A DNA stretch of 24,727 nt, taken from positions 1 to 24,727 of the forward strand of contig JBHJGN010000040.1 of the NCBI GenBank assembly GCA_050331735.1. The letters are read 5' to 3'. The position numbers were made by a program, and so were the translations under genes. The notes under the pieces were generated by a model. That model was not told where the DNA came from and did no database searches. It was given only the letters and a program-made list of their open reading frames with translations. Positions 24,467 through 24,727 of this stretch are shown here, piece by piece (positions within the stretch are counted from its first letter, which is position 1; each line of letters begins with the position of its first letter). Source of the stretch: Cyanophyceae cyanobacterium (GTDB lineage Bacteria; Cyanobacteriota; Cyanobacteriia; Cyanobacteriales; JBHJGN01).

Positions 24467-24727
24467 TTAAAGGGAAACAACTTGGAAAGTTTTTAGAGTG
24501 GAATCGCTACAGCCTGTGATGCTGCTACCGGTCGTGAGGACTTGTTGAAGATAGGTTAAGGCTTCAGCAGAAATCGTTTCTCCAGGCATTAAGGTCGGAA
24601 TTCCTGGCGGATAGGGACAAACTAGTTCAGCGCTGATGCGTCCAACCGCTGACTCTAACGGTACAGTTTTGAGCGGGGCAAAATAAGCGGTGCGGGGGGA
24701 AAGAGCAGGCAACGAGACAGGGGGCAG
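24467..24727 (-). CDS. Orn/Lys/Arg decarboxylase family protein, C-terminal part (5' end outside the window)
   Basis: SPRTAYFA, AVGRISAELVCPYPPGIPTLMPGETI. The frame is open to the window edge. Confidence 0.9.
   Translation of the reverse strand: MPPVSLPALSPRTAYFAPLKTVPLESAVGRISAELVCPYPPGIPTLMPGETISAEALTYLQQVLTTGSSITGCSDSTLKTFQVVSL

Overview
Cyanobacterial chromosomal window: about 20 HIP1 octamers (GCGATCGC), STRR-type heptamer repeats, and the cyanobacterial gene orders glutaredoxin-murE and decarboxylase-cbiT-cdsA. The left 2.4 kb is mobile-element debris: an intact ISKra4-family IS that truncates a Stf0-like sulfotransferase gene, and an internally deleted IS1. Next comes a highly structured ~290-nt non-coding leader (2521-2809). 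Its first domain has glycine-riboswitch architecture with an altered core (GGATGA rather than GGAGA, CTGGC rather than CTYTC). A second, unrecognised multi-branch domain and a terminator-like hairpin follow. This leader sits upstream of a partial C-P lyase operon (GNAT, PhnO-like GNAT, phnJ, GFA/CENP-V, phnK) and is the most interesting candidate in the window. The rest holds murE, a glutaredoxin-like gene, an MFS transporter, a YdeI/OmpD protein, two glycosyltransferases (one HpsE-like), htpG, cdsA, cbiT and the 3' end of a Lys/Orn/Arg decarboxylase. A divergent phosphatase pair shares Pho-box-like repeats: a tandem-domain RTX-tailed alkaline phosphatase and a PEP-CTERM 5'-nucleotidase, both with canonical His metal ligands replaced. 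Also present are three copies of a ~145-bp MITE, structure-conserved mini-hairpin repeats, and xisI and hicA pseudogenes absent from the ORF track.
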